A stretch of 64,000 nucleotides of DNA from NCBI GenBank assembly GCA_015680685.1, contig MNCI01002917.1, positions 99,521-163,520 of the forward strand, read 5' to 3'. This stretch comes from Gnetum montanum (Eukaryota; Plantae; Gnetophyta). Within the stretch, counting starts at the first letter, position 1. Each line of letters starts with the position of its first letter. Under the pieces are notes generated by a model. That model was not told the DNA's origin and did not search any database. It saw nothing but the letters and a program-made list of their open reading frames with translations. Made by a program: the position numbers and the translations under genes. This document shows positions 1-11,889 of this stretch, in pieces.

Positions 1-1100
1 CTATCCTAGAAAAAATAATATTTTCACGGGTTTCCCCATTAATCAAAACATGAATCCATTCTTCACTAAGTAAACAACTAGCACCAATCTGAAACAAAAA
101 TTTCCTATCAAGATGATCTTCTCTACTTACATTCTTCATGAATGCACAAGAATTTAATTTAGAAACATCCTCTATTTCTAGAGCATTAGGATTACCTCTC
201 TGAAGAGCTTGTTTGGATGTGTCTTTTACCTCCATGATTTGTACATCCTTGGCCTTGGCTACCTTGTGAAGTGGACATTCCCATTACTTATGTCCCCATT
301 CTCAACATTTAAAGCATTATAGTTTTGATGGGTTACCTTAGTCCTTCTTAGCTTTTCCTTCTCATCAACTCTTTTATTCTTCTTATCATGGTTGTCCTAC
401 TTGTCTTTAGATTTCGTCTTAAATTCCTTATTAGGTCTATATCCCTTCTTCTTGCCCTTATAATTTTGTTTACTCTTATTTCCAAATCCACATAATTTCT
501 TCCTAGCCTTAAGTGCCAAATTATAAGTCTCATCAAGTGTTTGTGAATTATAAAAAGACAACTCCTACTGATACATCATTTTGAGACATCCTAAAAAGAT
601 TGAAGCTTATTCATACTCCTCCCAATTTACCTTAACTAGATCACAAAATTTGATGTAAGATACTATGACATCCTTGTCACCTTGCCTTGGGAATTTTAAC
701 TTCATAATGGTTTCTTGTCTCTCACATGACTATTCAAATTTTCTTTCCAATTCATATTTTATTAGATCCCAATCTTTGAAACTTGACTATTTTAGCTTTA
801 ATAACTCTAGGAGCTCTTTTCCCACCAAGTAGAAGTCATACCTTCTAATATGGATTTAGCAATAGGTACCCTCAAGTTATTTGGTACCTCTTACAACTAA
901 AAATGCTTCTCAGGTGCCTTTAGCCAACTTGCAAAAGCATTAGTATCATATACACCATTAAAAGTCATATGTATGGAAGTCTTGAAGCATTTCTAAATGC
1001 TCTCGCAAGCCTTTTCTCATCTTCATTGTCAAGCTTGCTTGAAGAAGTACTCAACACTGTAAGATCCCTTGGACTTCTCATTTGAGAAATATGGTTTCCT
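1..1100 (-). mobile_element. Degenerate Ty3/gypsy gag, CCHC zinc knuckle and protease remnant; continues off the left edge
   Basis: Minus-strand translation gives TFNGVYDTNAFASWLKAPEKHF...AKSILEGMTSTWWE (gag-like), CFKC*EWGHK*WECP (CCHC knuckle, ~275-320) and KFLFQIGASCLL (protease-like). Many stops. Confidence 0.65.
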
Positions 1101-1107
1101 TCTGAGC

Positions 1108-1250
1108 CTATTGTATTACTAGTTTAAGGCCATTCTAGGCCTATTGTATTGTTAGTTTAAGGTCATTCTAGGCCACATCGATAGGATTAATAGCTATAGT
1201 TTAAGGCCATTTCAAGCCCCAATAGTAGTTTAAGACAATTTTGGGCCCTA
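1108..1250. repeat. Degenerate ~32-bp tandem repeat (core AGTTTAAGGCCATTCTAGGCC), about 4 units
   Basis: ctattgtattactagtttaaggccattctaggc is followed by ctattgtattgttagtttaaggtcattctaggc and two looser copies. Confidence 0.75.
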
Positions 1251-4200
1251 TATGTTGCTATCTCTCTTTTTGTAATTTTGTCTTTTATAATTTTTGTGTG
1301 TTTTGATGTTTTCTATGCATTAATATAATAATTTCTAAAGGGTGAACTAAATGAGCAAATGCATAAGCTAAGCAGATGAATGTGTAAACAAAGCAAATAA
1401 ATGCATAAATAAAGCAAAATGATGCATAATATAAACAATCATGCTAAATGTAAATATGTAAATAAATGTAATGCAAGTGAAAGTTAAAAATACATGGCAC
1501 ATAGAAGCAAAGGGTAGGTAGGCAGCCAGCATGTTTTAGGCTAAGGGGGTACCTTAGTTGCTCAATTGCTTCCTAATCTGGTATGGGTTAGGAGGTGTGT
1601 AGGGCCTAGGGTGCACTATTCGATAGTCTCCTAGACCCTCACTTTCTACATTGAAGGGTAATTCTACCTAAAGGATGTTCTCTAATAAGTCACTGGCTTC
1701 TTCTATCCTTTTGGGTGGGTTTCCCTCACATGTTTCATTCTCATCCTTTGCTATAGGCATGTCATTAGGAAATTCCATCTCTGACCCTTACTCCATATCT
1801 ATGTTGTTGATGGCCAAAGGGGCTACATTATCACCGTGGATAATAACCTCACCACCTTCATATGGAAGATGGATTTCTTGGTGGATTGGAGAGGAGATGG
1901 CCTATAATTTGTCTAACGAAGGCCTGTCCAATATTAAGTTAAAGCCAAGCATTTCCTCTATGATAATGAATTCAACAATGATGGGGAATTACTCCCCTAC
2001 CATGATGGCTATTGTGATGGTACCCTTAATGATGATGCTTGACCTTTTAAAGTACTTCAGGCATGTGGTTTTCATTAACTTGATTTGATCTGTGAGGCCT
2101 AATTTATCAATGATGGTGTATGTCATAACATTTGTTGTTGTCCCATCGTCAATGTGCACCCTCTGAATCTTGCATTGCCTAACATGTATGGTGATAAACA
2201 TGGGGGTTGTTATGACCCCATCCTTCTCAAGGTCAACCTTAATTGCCTCATCACAAAATGCGAGGGGTATAGAGCTCAATTCTTACAGCACAAGAGATAA
2301 CATCACAGCGTGGATGGAATTCTCATCTACTAAGATGTCCTCCATGATAGGAATGAAGGTCAACATTCACACTATCACTTCACAGTGGGTAGATGAGGTT
2401 ATGATTAGATCATAGAGGCTCAATGGTCTATTCCTATATTTGAGTGCTTTCTTAACTTGGTCTAATGCATCCACAGAGTCTTTACCATCAATTGCATTTT
2501 TATTGTCTTTAACTTCTTCCATAAGCCCTAAAACATGAATTTCATGGGAAGGTAACTCGGGCTTTGTTGGCTTGGCCTGTGCAAGGGCCCTAGTGCTTAG
2601 TTGTGGGTTGCTGGTGGTGGCCTTCTCAATTATTTTGGTCATAAGGACCACAAATAGGGGTACTAACTTTATTGGACCTAGTGTCCTTTGCCCTTGATGT
2701 TACCTAATCATTCTATCTACAAGACACTCATTGGGCCTCCCAGGTTGCCACCTAGAGGATCTATTAATGTTGCCAGTAGGATTGGCTCTTGGATGGAAAG
2801 GGACCAATGTGTTGTCCACTACCAAACTCTAAGTAGTTGAGGAGTCAGCATGTTGTGGAACCTTGAAGATAAAGGGTGGCTAAATTATTTTTGTTGCAAC
2901 ATGTTGTGGGACCCTAACCATGAAGGGAGTTATAGGTACTTGAGGTGGCACTCTGATGATGAAAGAGGGCCTCAAACCTATAAGGGCTGTAGAGGCCCTT
3001 ACACTACTAGAGGTCACACCAATCACAAATGGCTACTACACTAGTTTTGGGTTTTCATTTATTCTAATATCATTTATGATGTAGCTTGCATTTTCCACAT
3101 TCAGAGGGTCCTTATACACCCTCATAGATTGATTCTGAGGTCTAACTAGGTTAGTATTATCAAGTATCAACTCACCTCTATCCACTCTTTAGAGGTCATC
3201 CTGCAGGGCTATGCAAAAATTGGTGTTGTAACTAGGTAGCTAGTAGTAGTGGCAAAACTGATCCAACCTAAAGAATTTTGGGACCAAGGGCTTATTCGGT
3301 TCTGTTGATGCAAGATTCCTTAGGAGTTTGCAATATCTATCATGTCTTTTATGAGCATCTTTGGACATCTACTTGTATCAAATATGCCCAGCCTTTAGCA
3401 ATTGGTCCAATAATTCTAAAGATTTTAATGGTAGTGGGGTGTACTTCAAGCAATCCTTGAACTCAAAGTTAGGCCTTGAAGCAACTTGTGCTATGTCTAC
3501 CAATGACTTGGGCTAGTTAGTTCCTGCAATGCTAGGGTTGGTAGTTTTTTTATTGGCTAGAGCCTTGGGCGGCCTGGTCATTGGCCTCAAGTTGGTTGCT
3601 TTAGCCTCTTTGGCCATAGTCATCATGATTGCATTCTACTTCCCTTTATCCTTGTCCTTTCTTACATGTGGGTTTTTGTAGAACATGTAGGCTAGGTTCT
3701 TACTAGTTTTATCTACATCTTGTATGCTCTTAGTCTAGGCAAAGGCTTGGCTTAAAGACTGTGAGTCCAAGTAGTATAGACTTAACTTTACGAAGTCATT
3801 AACTACACTTTTAAATATGGCTAGGAGGTCTATTTCAACTATTAACTCTTGTATTTCATTTAACAAGGCACTCTAGCATTGGATGAATTTTTGTATGGGC
3901 TTTAGGTGACCTTACTTGATTTTCATCAATTGGTCTAGGAGGGTTTCCAGCTTCAAGTTGTACTTGAAGCATGTCACAAATTAGCTTAGAAGATCCTACA
4001 AAGAGGAGATAGAGCTTCTGGGTAATGCACGGTATCAATATAGTGCCTTGCCAATGAGTGATAGGGTAAACATACATATAATGGCATGTGGCCATGCCTG
4101 TAACAACAAAAACTCTAACCTAAATGTAACTAGATGTGCGTTGGGATCTCCCTCACCATTGTACTTTGTGAACTGAGGTAGTGGGACCCCAACCAAGAGA

Positions 4201-5310
4201 GTTAGCAGTGGGACCACTAGACTGATAGAGTCATCCTAGTAAAAGTCCAACACTATGATAGTTTGGAGGAGGTGGCCTTAAGCTACTTCACCTCTTCCAT
4301 TAAGCTTTGAATCATCTAGAATGCCTAGTCTAAGTTGTGAGACTTTCCAACCGACTATGCTGATTACACGACTTGTTGTTGGACTAACTGTGTGGTCCAT
4401 GGCCTTGTTGTGGGTTGCAAAATCACCAAATGAGTTTGATGTATGGACCATGCTATAGGGATGGTCATTAGGGTAGGTGATGCATACATGGGTTGGGCCA
4501 ACACCAAGGATGCTAACGAGACAAGCAGGACATAGAGTTCTTAAGTCACATGGGGCCTAGAGATGGGCCTTGCATGGAAGTGTGGGTGAGTTGACATAAT
4601 TGTGCTAGGAAATGATGGCTAGACGGTTGGTAGTGATGCCACAAAGGGCAAGTTAAAGGGAGCTAGCACCTCAGTATGTGTCTAGTGTGTTGCTACAATA
4701 GGCATTAACCTAGATGGTGACACTAGCACTATGACCATCTCAAAAAGAATGAGTGAATGAGACTATGGAAGAGCTAGTCTAGGGGTCACTCACTAAAAGA
4801 TAGTATGGAAGGAGCACTCATGCTTAGAGAAAGCTTTGAACTCTTCCTATTCTTCCTACAGAGGCTCTTCATAGTCTATCCCTACTTTGCACTCACTTGT
4901 TCAGATGAGCTAGGCTAGCATTTACTAATAGGGCTCTATGAGTGGGATGATGTTAAGTGAGGTGAGCATGTACTGCCATCCATTTCGATGGATGAGTTCA
5001 TAGCCTCACTTCACTTCCATGTCTAAGTGATCTATGAATAGCCTTGCTTGAATCTTTGCACAAATGAAGTTGTATTCTTCATCACTTAGTGTCGGGTACT
5101 CTAGATCTTGCCTACATAACCTAAGAGATTACCTTAGCTCTACCATTATAGGATTCCTAGAGTTTTCAATCCTAGTCTCTTGTTGGATGGGCAAGATGGC
5201 CAGTGTGCTTGGGATTGACATTGAAGGTTGTTTGAAATTCATAGATGTAGATCAAGTTGCAAGAAAGGGAAGGACAAGAGATTTTGAGTGTGAAAATGGC
5301 TAATTCCAGT

Positions 5311-5400
5311 GGCTATGTTTTCTATATTAAGAGCTAACTATGCTCTCTATGCTGAGGGCCAACTATGCTTTCTATGCAAAGAGCTAACTATGCTCTCACT
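5311..5400. repeat. 25-bp tandem repeat, about 3.5 units (AACTATGCTCTCTATGC...GAGCT)
   Basis: ggctatgttttctatattaagagct / aactatgctctctatgctgagggcc / aactatgctttctatgcaaagagct / aactatgctctc. Confidence 0.75.
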
Positions 5401-6040
5401 GACAGTATCAAGAATTTGGCTAGCTATGGGAATGTGTGCTCTGGGGTTCCTACATGGGGTTCTAGGGGAACCGACAACAGGGTCCAATCTACACCAACCG
5501 ATTAGTGGACAACACTTACACTGGCCTAAGCTCCATCTACTACCATGCGTGCAGTAGGTCCATAGGGGTGTTGGGTCTATGCTAGCCTAAAGCTAGCAAC
5601 AGTGATGTAGTGAACATGTAAGACAACCACCAATAGGGTCTAAAAGAGAAACTTGTTCTGGCCCTCCTTCTAACCCCAAAGACTATAACGACTAAAAACA
5701 TTGGTGGTTAGAACATAGATAGGTTCATGAGTACATAGCCTAATCCAAAGTCTATGTGAGGGCTTGCTAGAGGTGGATATGGGATAACCTAAACAATCTT
5801 GTCAATCGAATAGGAACTTACTAGATGTAACTAGGGTGTAGCATGGCTAGCCACAAAGTTGATGCGAAACAGTGCTAAGTGTTCAAGCATTGTTCACGGT
5901 ATCAATCGTGTCAATGGGGTTAAGTGTAGTTAGGGTTTTGGTGAAATGAGGCTGCAAACATGCAGGGGTCACATCCAAGCATAGTTTTAGGTGTGACTAT
6001 GAGATGAAATAGCAGAAAATGCAAATAAAATGCTAAAAAT

Positions 6041-6042
<2 letters not shown>

Positions 6043-6085
<43 letters not shown>
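6043..6085. repeat. (GA)n microsatellite
   Basis: Uninterrupted AG run. Confidence 0.98.
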
Positions 6086-6089
<4 letters not shown>

Positions 6090-7221
6090 GAATACCACCC
6101 CAAATGGAGTTGAGTGTAGTTAATACCAAAAAGGGTTAGAAGGTATGTGGTGTACAACAAGTGTAGTGGACAATGTAGTCATAGTCTCAAGGGTGTCTAG
6201 CTACAAAGACTAATGTTCTACTATACTATGTATGCCTACTAAGTTGGCCACTATGGTCGACCATGGGTTGTGGTGTTCTAGTGGACTACGGTGGGCTACG
6301 ATGGTCTACAACTTTGCTAATATGCTCTGATTCTCTCCCAAGTGCTCCTTAAATGTGCCAAGTCTCTAGTTTCCTAATCCTTAAATTTTCCAATGCTTCA
6401 AATTTTCCAACCTTAAAATATTTTCCTACTTACATTTTTCCAACCACAAATTTTACCAACCCCAAAAATGTTGAGAGTGGGGGTATAGGATTAGGTTTAG
6501 CATGAAATGTGGGATGAATGCCATGTGGAAAAGGGGATAGTTGAGACTATGCTATCACGAAACTACACTTTCCATTGAGGTTAGTGGTGTTATGCTTTGG
6601 CATGCTTTGCCAAACTCTACAAGACTATGAGACTATGACTATGCTACCAACTACATGTGCATGTGCCAAGGGGACCGCAACGTACCTAAAAAAATGAAAA
6701 TTTGGAGACTACACTTTGGGACTATGCTCTTCACTATCTTGCATGGGGTAGAGCATAGTTACAATTTTGGGCCCAAAAAAGGAGATACAAAAAGATGCAT
6801 TTTGCTAATTATGCTTGCCAGAGATGAGTTGGAGCTAGCCTAAGTGCCTGTGTTACATTGTGGAGGTTGCTAGAGGCTATTTTGGCTGACTACGCTCTAG
6901 ACTAGGGAAGAGCATACTCCCATACTTGGAAAAAGTTCTGAAAAAATGGTTGTGCTAACTACACTCTCCACTAGAAGCTGACTACACTTCCAACTAGAGG
7001 TAAGCATCGTTCCAACACTTGTTAAAACTTGTGAAGATTGGCTTCTACTTGACTATGCTTGCCTACACTCTAGGCTAGGGTAGAGTGTAGTATCAACACT
7101 AAGAAAAATCTATGAAAACTAGGCCTTCTTGCTGACTTACTACTCTTGACTATGCTCCTTAACATTCCTTTAGCTCCTTATTGATGCCTTTCCTTGTAGG
7201 AGTATCATTAGCCCCTTAACA

Positions 7222-7860
7222 TTCCTTTACCATAGAAGAATTCATATTAAATATTCCACTTCATATTCAAGAAGATTTATGACTGAACCAAAGTCACATG
7301 AATATATTAAAGCATCTCATTAGATACCTTGTTAACACCTTTGATCTTCATTTACATTTTCCAAAAAAAAAAAGATAGAAAATTTATTACTTTTAGTGAT
7401 GTTGTTTTAGGTGGTGATGTAAAAGATAGAAAATCCACAAGTTGTTCAATTATTCTTTATAACAAAAATCCAATTTCTTAGAAATCAAAAAAAATAAAGT
7501 TTTGTAAGCCTCTTAAATACTAAATTTGAATATGTGGCAATGAATGACTATGTCTAGAATGTCTGATGACTTAGAAATTTATTTATAGAATTGAATTTCA
7601 TCATAGAAAAGCCATTACCCTATTTTGTAACAACACATCAGCCATTATGCTCTCAAATACATATACTCGTCATAAAAATTCAAATCACATTACAATAAAA
7701 TTCTACTCCATCAATAATAAATTCATGCATCATCTCTTCCAAATTTATTAACAGTGAAGACCAATTAGTTAATATTCTCATCAAAATGTTAGAATCCCAT
7801 AAGATAAAAAATTTAGTCATGAAGACTATAGTTAAATTGGAGTCCACTTTAGTATAAAAT
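7222..7860 (+). mobile_element. Ty1/copia RT C-terminus and RNase H remnant
   Basis: Frameshifted translation: FSDVVLGGDVKDRKSTS...IS*KSKK...FEYVAM...*LRNLFIEL...TLFCNNTSAIMLS...HKNSNHITIKFY...EDQLVNILIK. Confidence 0.85.
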
Positions 7861-8859
7861 AGGAAATGATAATATTTTTTAGCCTAATATGTGCTTCCCT
7901 CATGTCATGTTGTCTTTATTTTTCATGTGATAGTAGAAGTCAAATTTATTTTCCATGTTGTATTAGAAGTCATGTTGTATGAATTCACAACTCCATGTAA
8001 CATATCATATAATATAAATTTGTATTCCAAGAGAAAAAAGAAAAAGAGTCATATGAAGTTAAAGTATGGGTTCTTAATGTCACATGTTAAGCATCTCACC
8101 CTTTGGATCACTCATGATACCATGTATCCCAATCCATGAGTTGGAACTACATGAAGGATAAAGGTGAAAAATGCTCATATGTTGGGACCATAAGTCTCCT
8201 CTTGTTATGATTTCACTTGTGATTATGTAAGGCATTTATAGCTACATTACAATTGAGTATGCTCTTAATAATCTCTTCTATTTTTTAATTATGCATGTGT
8301 TGAACTCTCCTCAAACTTAAGGCAAAAAAGCCAAAAAAATACTTCATTGAAGCATTGTAGCATCTATTAAGGCTTGAAGTAATATAAGAAAAGAAATTTT
8401 ATATTTATTTGTATTTTCCCACTTCATGTTTTAGTTTTTTTATTTACTTCATTTCAGCATCTCATTTATTTCATTAATTTTAACCTTATTTCTATTTCAA
8501 TCTCATTTCAATCAAAATACTTCACAAAAATTATGAAAGAGAAATTATTACTTTGATTATTAGAGCATAGACTTCATTAGTGATCCATTGTATTGCATTC
8601 CTAGCTATTACCACAAGCCTTATAACTTAAGAACTTCTAGAAGATAAGGAACAATTTATCCAAACATCAATTCTTAAGACTCTAAGATGTTAAAGAAAAA
8701 TAGGTAACCAACTTCTTGAAATCTACATTCAAGAGATTTAAAGAAGGATTTGCTACTAGTAAAAGCCTTTCACCTAAGAAAGAAATACCTCTATTCAAGT
8801 TTAAGATTAATCATTTCAAGAAAAGATATTAAGATGTCCCTAAATACTCAAGTTTTATT

Positions 8860-9545
8860 CCTACAAAAATGTTCTCTCATAAATCTACAAGGATACCTTC
8901 ATGAATCACATGTTTAAGCATATGATCCATAGTATTAAGTGGTATTTGAAATGATATAATCCTTAATATATCAATGATAACAAAATAAATGGACATAAAC
9001 ATTTATTTGAATACAAACTTAGTCTATCAATCATGATTAGAATTAATAGGGGTCTAGATATATAGTGATGAAATTAATAGGAAATTTAATTGCATTCAAA
9101 TGACACTAATAATATCTAATCATCAAAGTAAGTGATGGATATAAAGCAAATAATAAATAATAAACTAAATATGTGGGAAATAATTTGAGTTTTCCCATCG
9201 TAAAACAAAGTATGTTTTATTAATCAAAAGATAGAGTTTGCCTACTAGGGAAGGCCAAAAGCTACAATGGTAGAGGATACAACATGTAGTTTGTAATTAA
9301 TAAAGTAAACTTAGTTTTCAATTAAGTGCAAAGTTTAAATGCTAGTATTTAACCTCTTATAGATTTGGAGGTGAATTAAGGGTCTGTCAACATTATTTGA
9401 AGCTAATTCAATGATCAAACAATGTCATGTTTGGAAGCTATTTAGTAGGTGACACTAGAACTATACTAAATCATGCTAATGCTCATCTTTGTGACATTGA
9501 TGCTGACCCTAGTAATGCTAATACTAACCCTAGTAACACTAATGT
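8860..9545 (-). repeat. LTR-like segment homologous to 23500-24207; probably part of a longer Tat-type LTR (~8700-10900)
   Basis: Collinear shared blocks: ccttcatgaatcacatgtttaagcatatgatc, taatcaaaagatagagtttgcc, ggccaaaagctacaatggt, ataggtttggag. A minus-strand TATA (cttataaata) lies at ~9741-9750. Confidence 0.7.
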
Positions 9546-10928
9546 TGAATTAGCATGCTTGCATGTGCTACCACTAATGTCAATGCTAGGACCGAGCTTG
9601 CAGATTGTAGAGGAGGGTAGGATGGCCGAGATGATCGCAAGTAATATAATTAATGTAGATGTTGCTGCTCTGTATCTCTTGAACTTTGAAAATTACTCTC
9701 AGATCTTAAAAATCAGCCTTGAATTTATCCTTAAGCCTATTATTTATAAGGTTATGATTTCTAAAATTCATATAAAGTTTATTGTAGTTAACTTAGAGTT
9801 CAATTTTTACAGCTTAAAGTTACATGTGCAGAATATGTAATGCTAATAGTGCTAAAATATGATGTATTTATGCTAACGCTAGTGTCAATGTCACATGTGT
9901 TAATACCATTTTACATATTACCTTTGCAACTACCATTTTAAGGTCCCAAGAACTATTGTTGATGCCTAAACTAGTATCAAACATTGCAAAGGTAGTGTTG
10001 AATTAATGTTAAGGATTACCTAGAGTAAAAGGTATTATTCAAGGTCAAGTTTTCATGTTTTTCCTTGTAGTTGATGCTAGTAGTTTAAGCTAACATTGGC
10101 ATGAGCATCACTTATGCATCATGTAGTGGAAACATGCTACTCTTAACCTTCTAGGATCTCCATAATTACCAAAATTGATATTTTTCACTTTGGAGATGAT
10201 GCAAGAAAGTTTATCGAGGCTCAATAGAGGCATAACTAGTCTCAGAAGATAAGTTTCTATGTGATGATGAAATAGTGAAAGGTAATGTCACCTAGGTGAT
10301 ACTTTCTATTTTTTATCTTTCTAAGGTCTCCAGCATCACTATAACCAATGTTTTTTACACTAGGAATAATGTGGACTTTCATCAAATTCCTAATTAAGAC
10401 AAAACTTTGGTCAAGACATTAGTTTTTGGTGCTTGATTTAGAAGTGATGATGGTAGGTGATACTAACATAAACGTCAACATTGCCTAGCATCACATAGGT
10501 AAAATATGATGTTTCATATCTTTTGAAGCTAACAAGATCACTAAAAATCATGTTCATCATCTTATGGATAATGTAGACTAGTTATTAGGAGGCCAATAGG
10601 GATAAAATAGAGGTTAGAAGATGAGTAATTATATGATGATGCAGTGGCAACACTAGGGGATAACACTAATGTTGGCATTAGCATCATCCAACATCACTTG
10701 GATATCACTTTTTATCTTTTCCTTTTAAAAGGTACTAGAACTATCAAAAAGATTCCTTTTTTAAGGGGGATGGTTAAGAACATCTATTGGGAGCTTACTG
10801 AAAGCCAAAACACTGCTTATGATGATGATTTAGAGGGTATTTTAATAACCCAAGTGGATGTGACAATGTCAAAGCCATGCTTATCTTGGTCATTAAAGCA
10901 CTAAAAAAGTGAATATAACACTAACCCT

Positions 10929-11636
10929 TGTTAATAGATGTTGCTAAGATGCCAAAGAAGGATCGATCAAGAAGAGAATGAATGATGAGTTAGTAATGTA
11001 CCTACAAAAGATAGAGAGAAAAAAGGAGAATAATAAAAGAAAATTATGACTTCACTCATACATCAATCATAAGGATGAGTCTATGCCACAAGAAGGTGGC
11101 ATGACTACATCCTACACCCAAAATGGCTAAAGGAATGCCATCAATTAGTATTCATACCCTATCCCACTCAAACTCTCAACCCATCCTCACTAGAGTAGAA
11201 TAGAAACACTCAATTTTCATTTATCTGTTAATAAGAGGGAGGGATATAGAAAGGAAGTGATGTTAGAGGAGGAATGGAGAAACATGAGAGAAGAGATAAA
11301 ATATAGAGTTATGAAGTCAAGAAAACAATAAACTAGGAGTATATAAAGCCAAGGTGCTATACCATAGAAGTAGGACATGGCAAGATCTCATACTTTAATG
11401 ATATAAATAGTTGATAAACTTGATAGACTCTCTTCCTATCCCACTCAAACTTAACACATCCTCACATGGAGTAACAATGTTAAAACACTTATTATTATTT
11501 GTATGAGATAGATCACTAATAAATATCATTATCAAAATATGCTAATAGAAAGAAATCTTAGTAGAATGAGAGAAGTAGAAATTGCAAAAAATAGATGAAG
11601 TTTCATAAGAGATATGTAGAAGAATGATGGTAGAAA

Positions 11637-11686
<50 letters not shown>

Positions 11687-11883
11687 NAGATGAAAAGTAA
11701 CATAAGAAGAAAATTAAAATTAATAATAAAACATAGATAAGGTATAAGATAAGGGTTATGAAAAGCCTGGTGACTTTTTTTCTTTTCAAATATCGTATTA
11801 GGATATTTATAGGATATGATTGATTTGTAGGATTAGGATACTTATTCCTATCTGAGTCTACCAAATATTCTACTCTATTAGCA
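10929..11883 (-). mobile_element. LTR-like segment with 9-bp inverted termini TGTTAATAG...CTATTAGCA; no TSD
   Basis: TG...CA termini. Minus-strand TATA cctataaata at ~11804-11813 followed by a CT-rich tract. Internal direct repeat cctatcccactcaaact at ~11158 and ~11435. Flanks ACCCT and ATATT do not match. Confidence 0.45.
11639..11690. repeat. (GA)n microsatellite containing an assembly N
   Basis: AG run with N at 11687. Confidence 0.95.
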
Positions 11884-11889
11884 ATATTT

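Larger units (their letters stand above)
1320..7221 (-). mobile_element. Tat/Ogre-like Ty3/gypsy element 1: putative 5' LTR/UTR, gag and aspartic protease; no pol visible
   Basis: Gag PQFTKYNGEGDPNAHLVTF (~4120-4185). Gag C-terminal FCHYY*LPSYNTNFCIALQDD (~3200-3260). Protease PMFITIHVRQCKIQRVHIDDGTTTNV (ORF 1989-2279). A minus-strand T-rich tract at 1340-1500 follows. Possible LTR start TGTTAAGGGG at 7221. Boundaries are approximate. Confidence 0.7.

Noticed and set aside
1108-1250. CRISPR-like repeat-spacer appearance
   Set aside because: Degenerate tandem units without unique spacers of constant length, in a eukaryotic TE context with no cas genes.
11532-11864. Hydrophobic ORFs with SLSLSL runs (also 5920-6129)
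   Set aside because: Translations of (CT)n microsatellites and T-rich LTR sequence.
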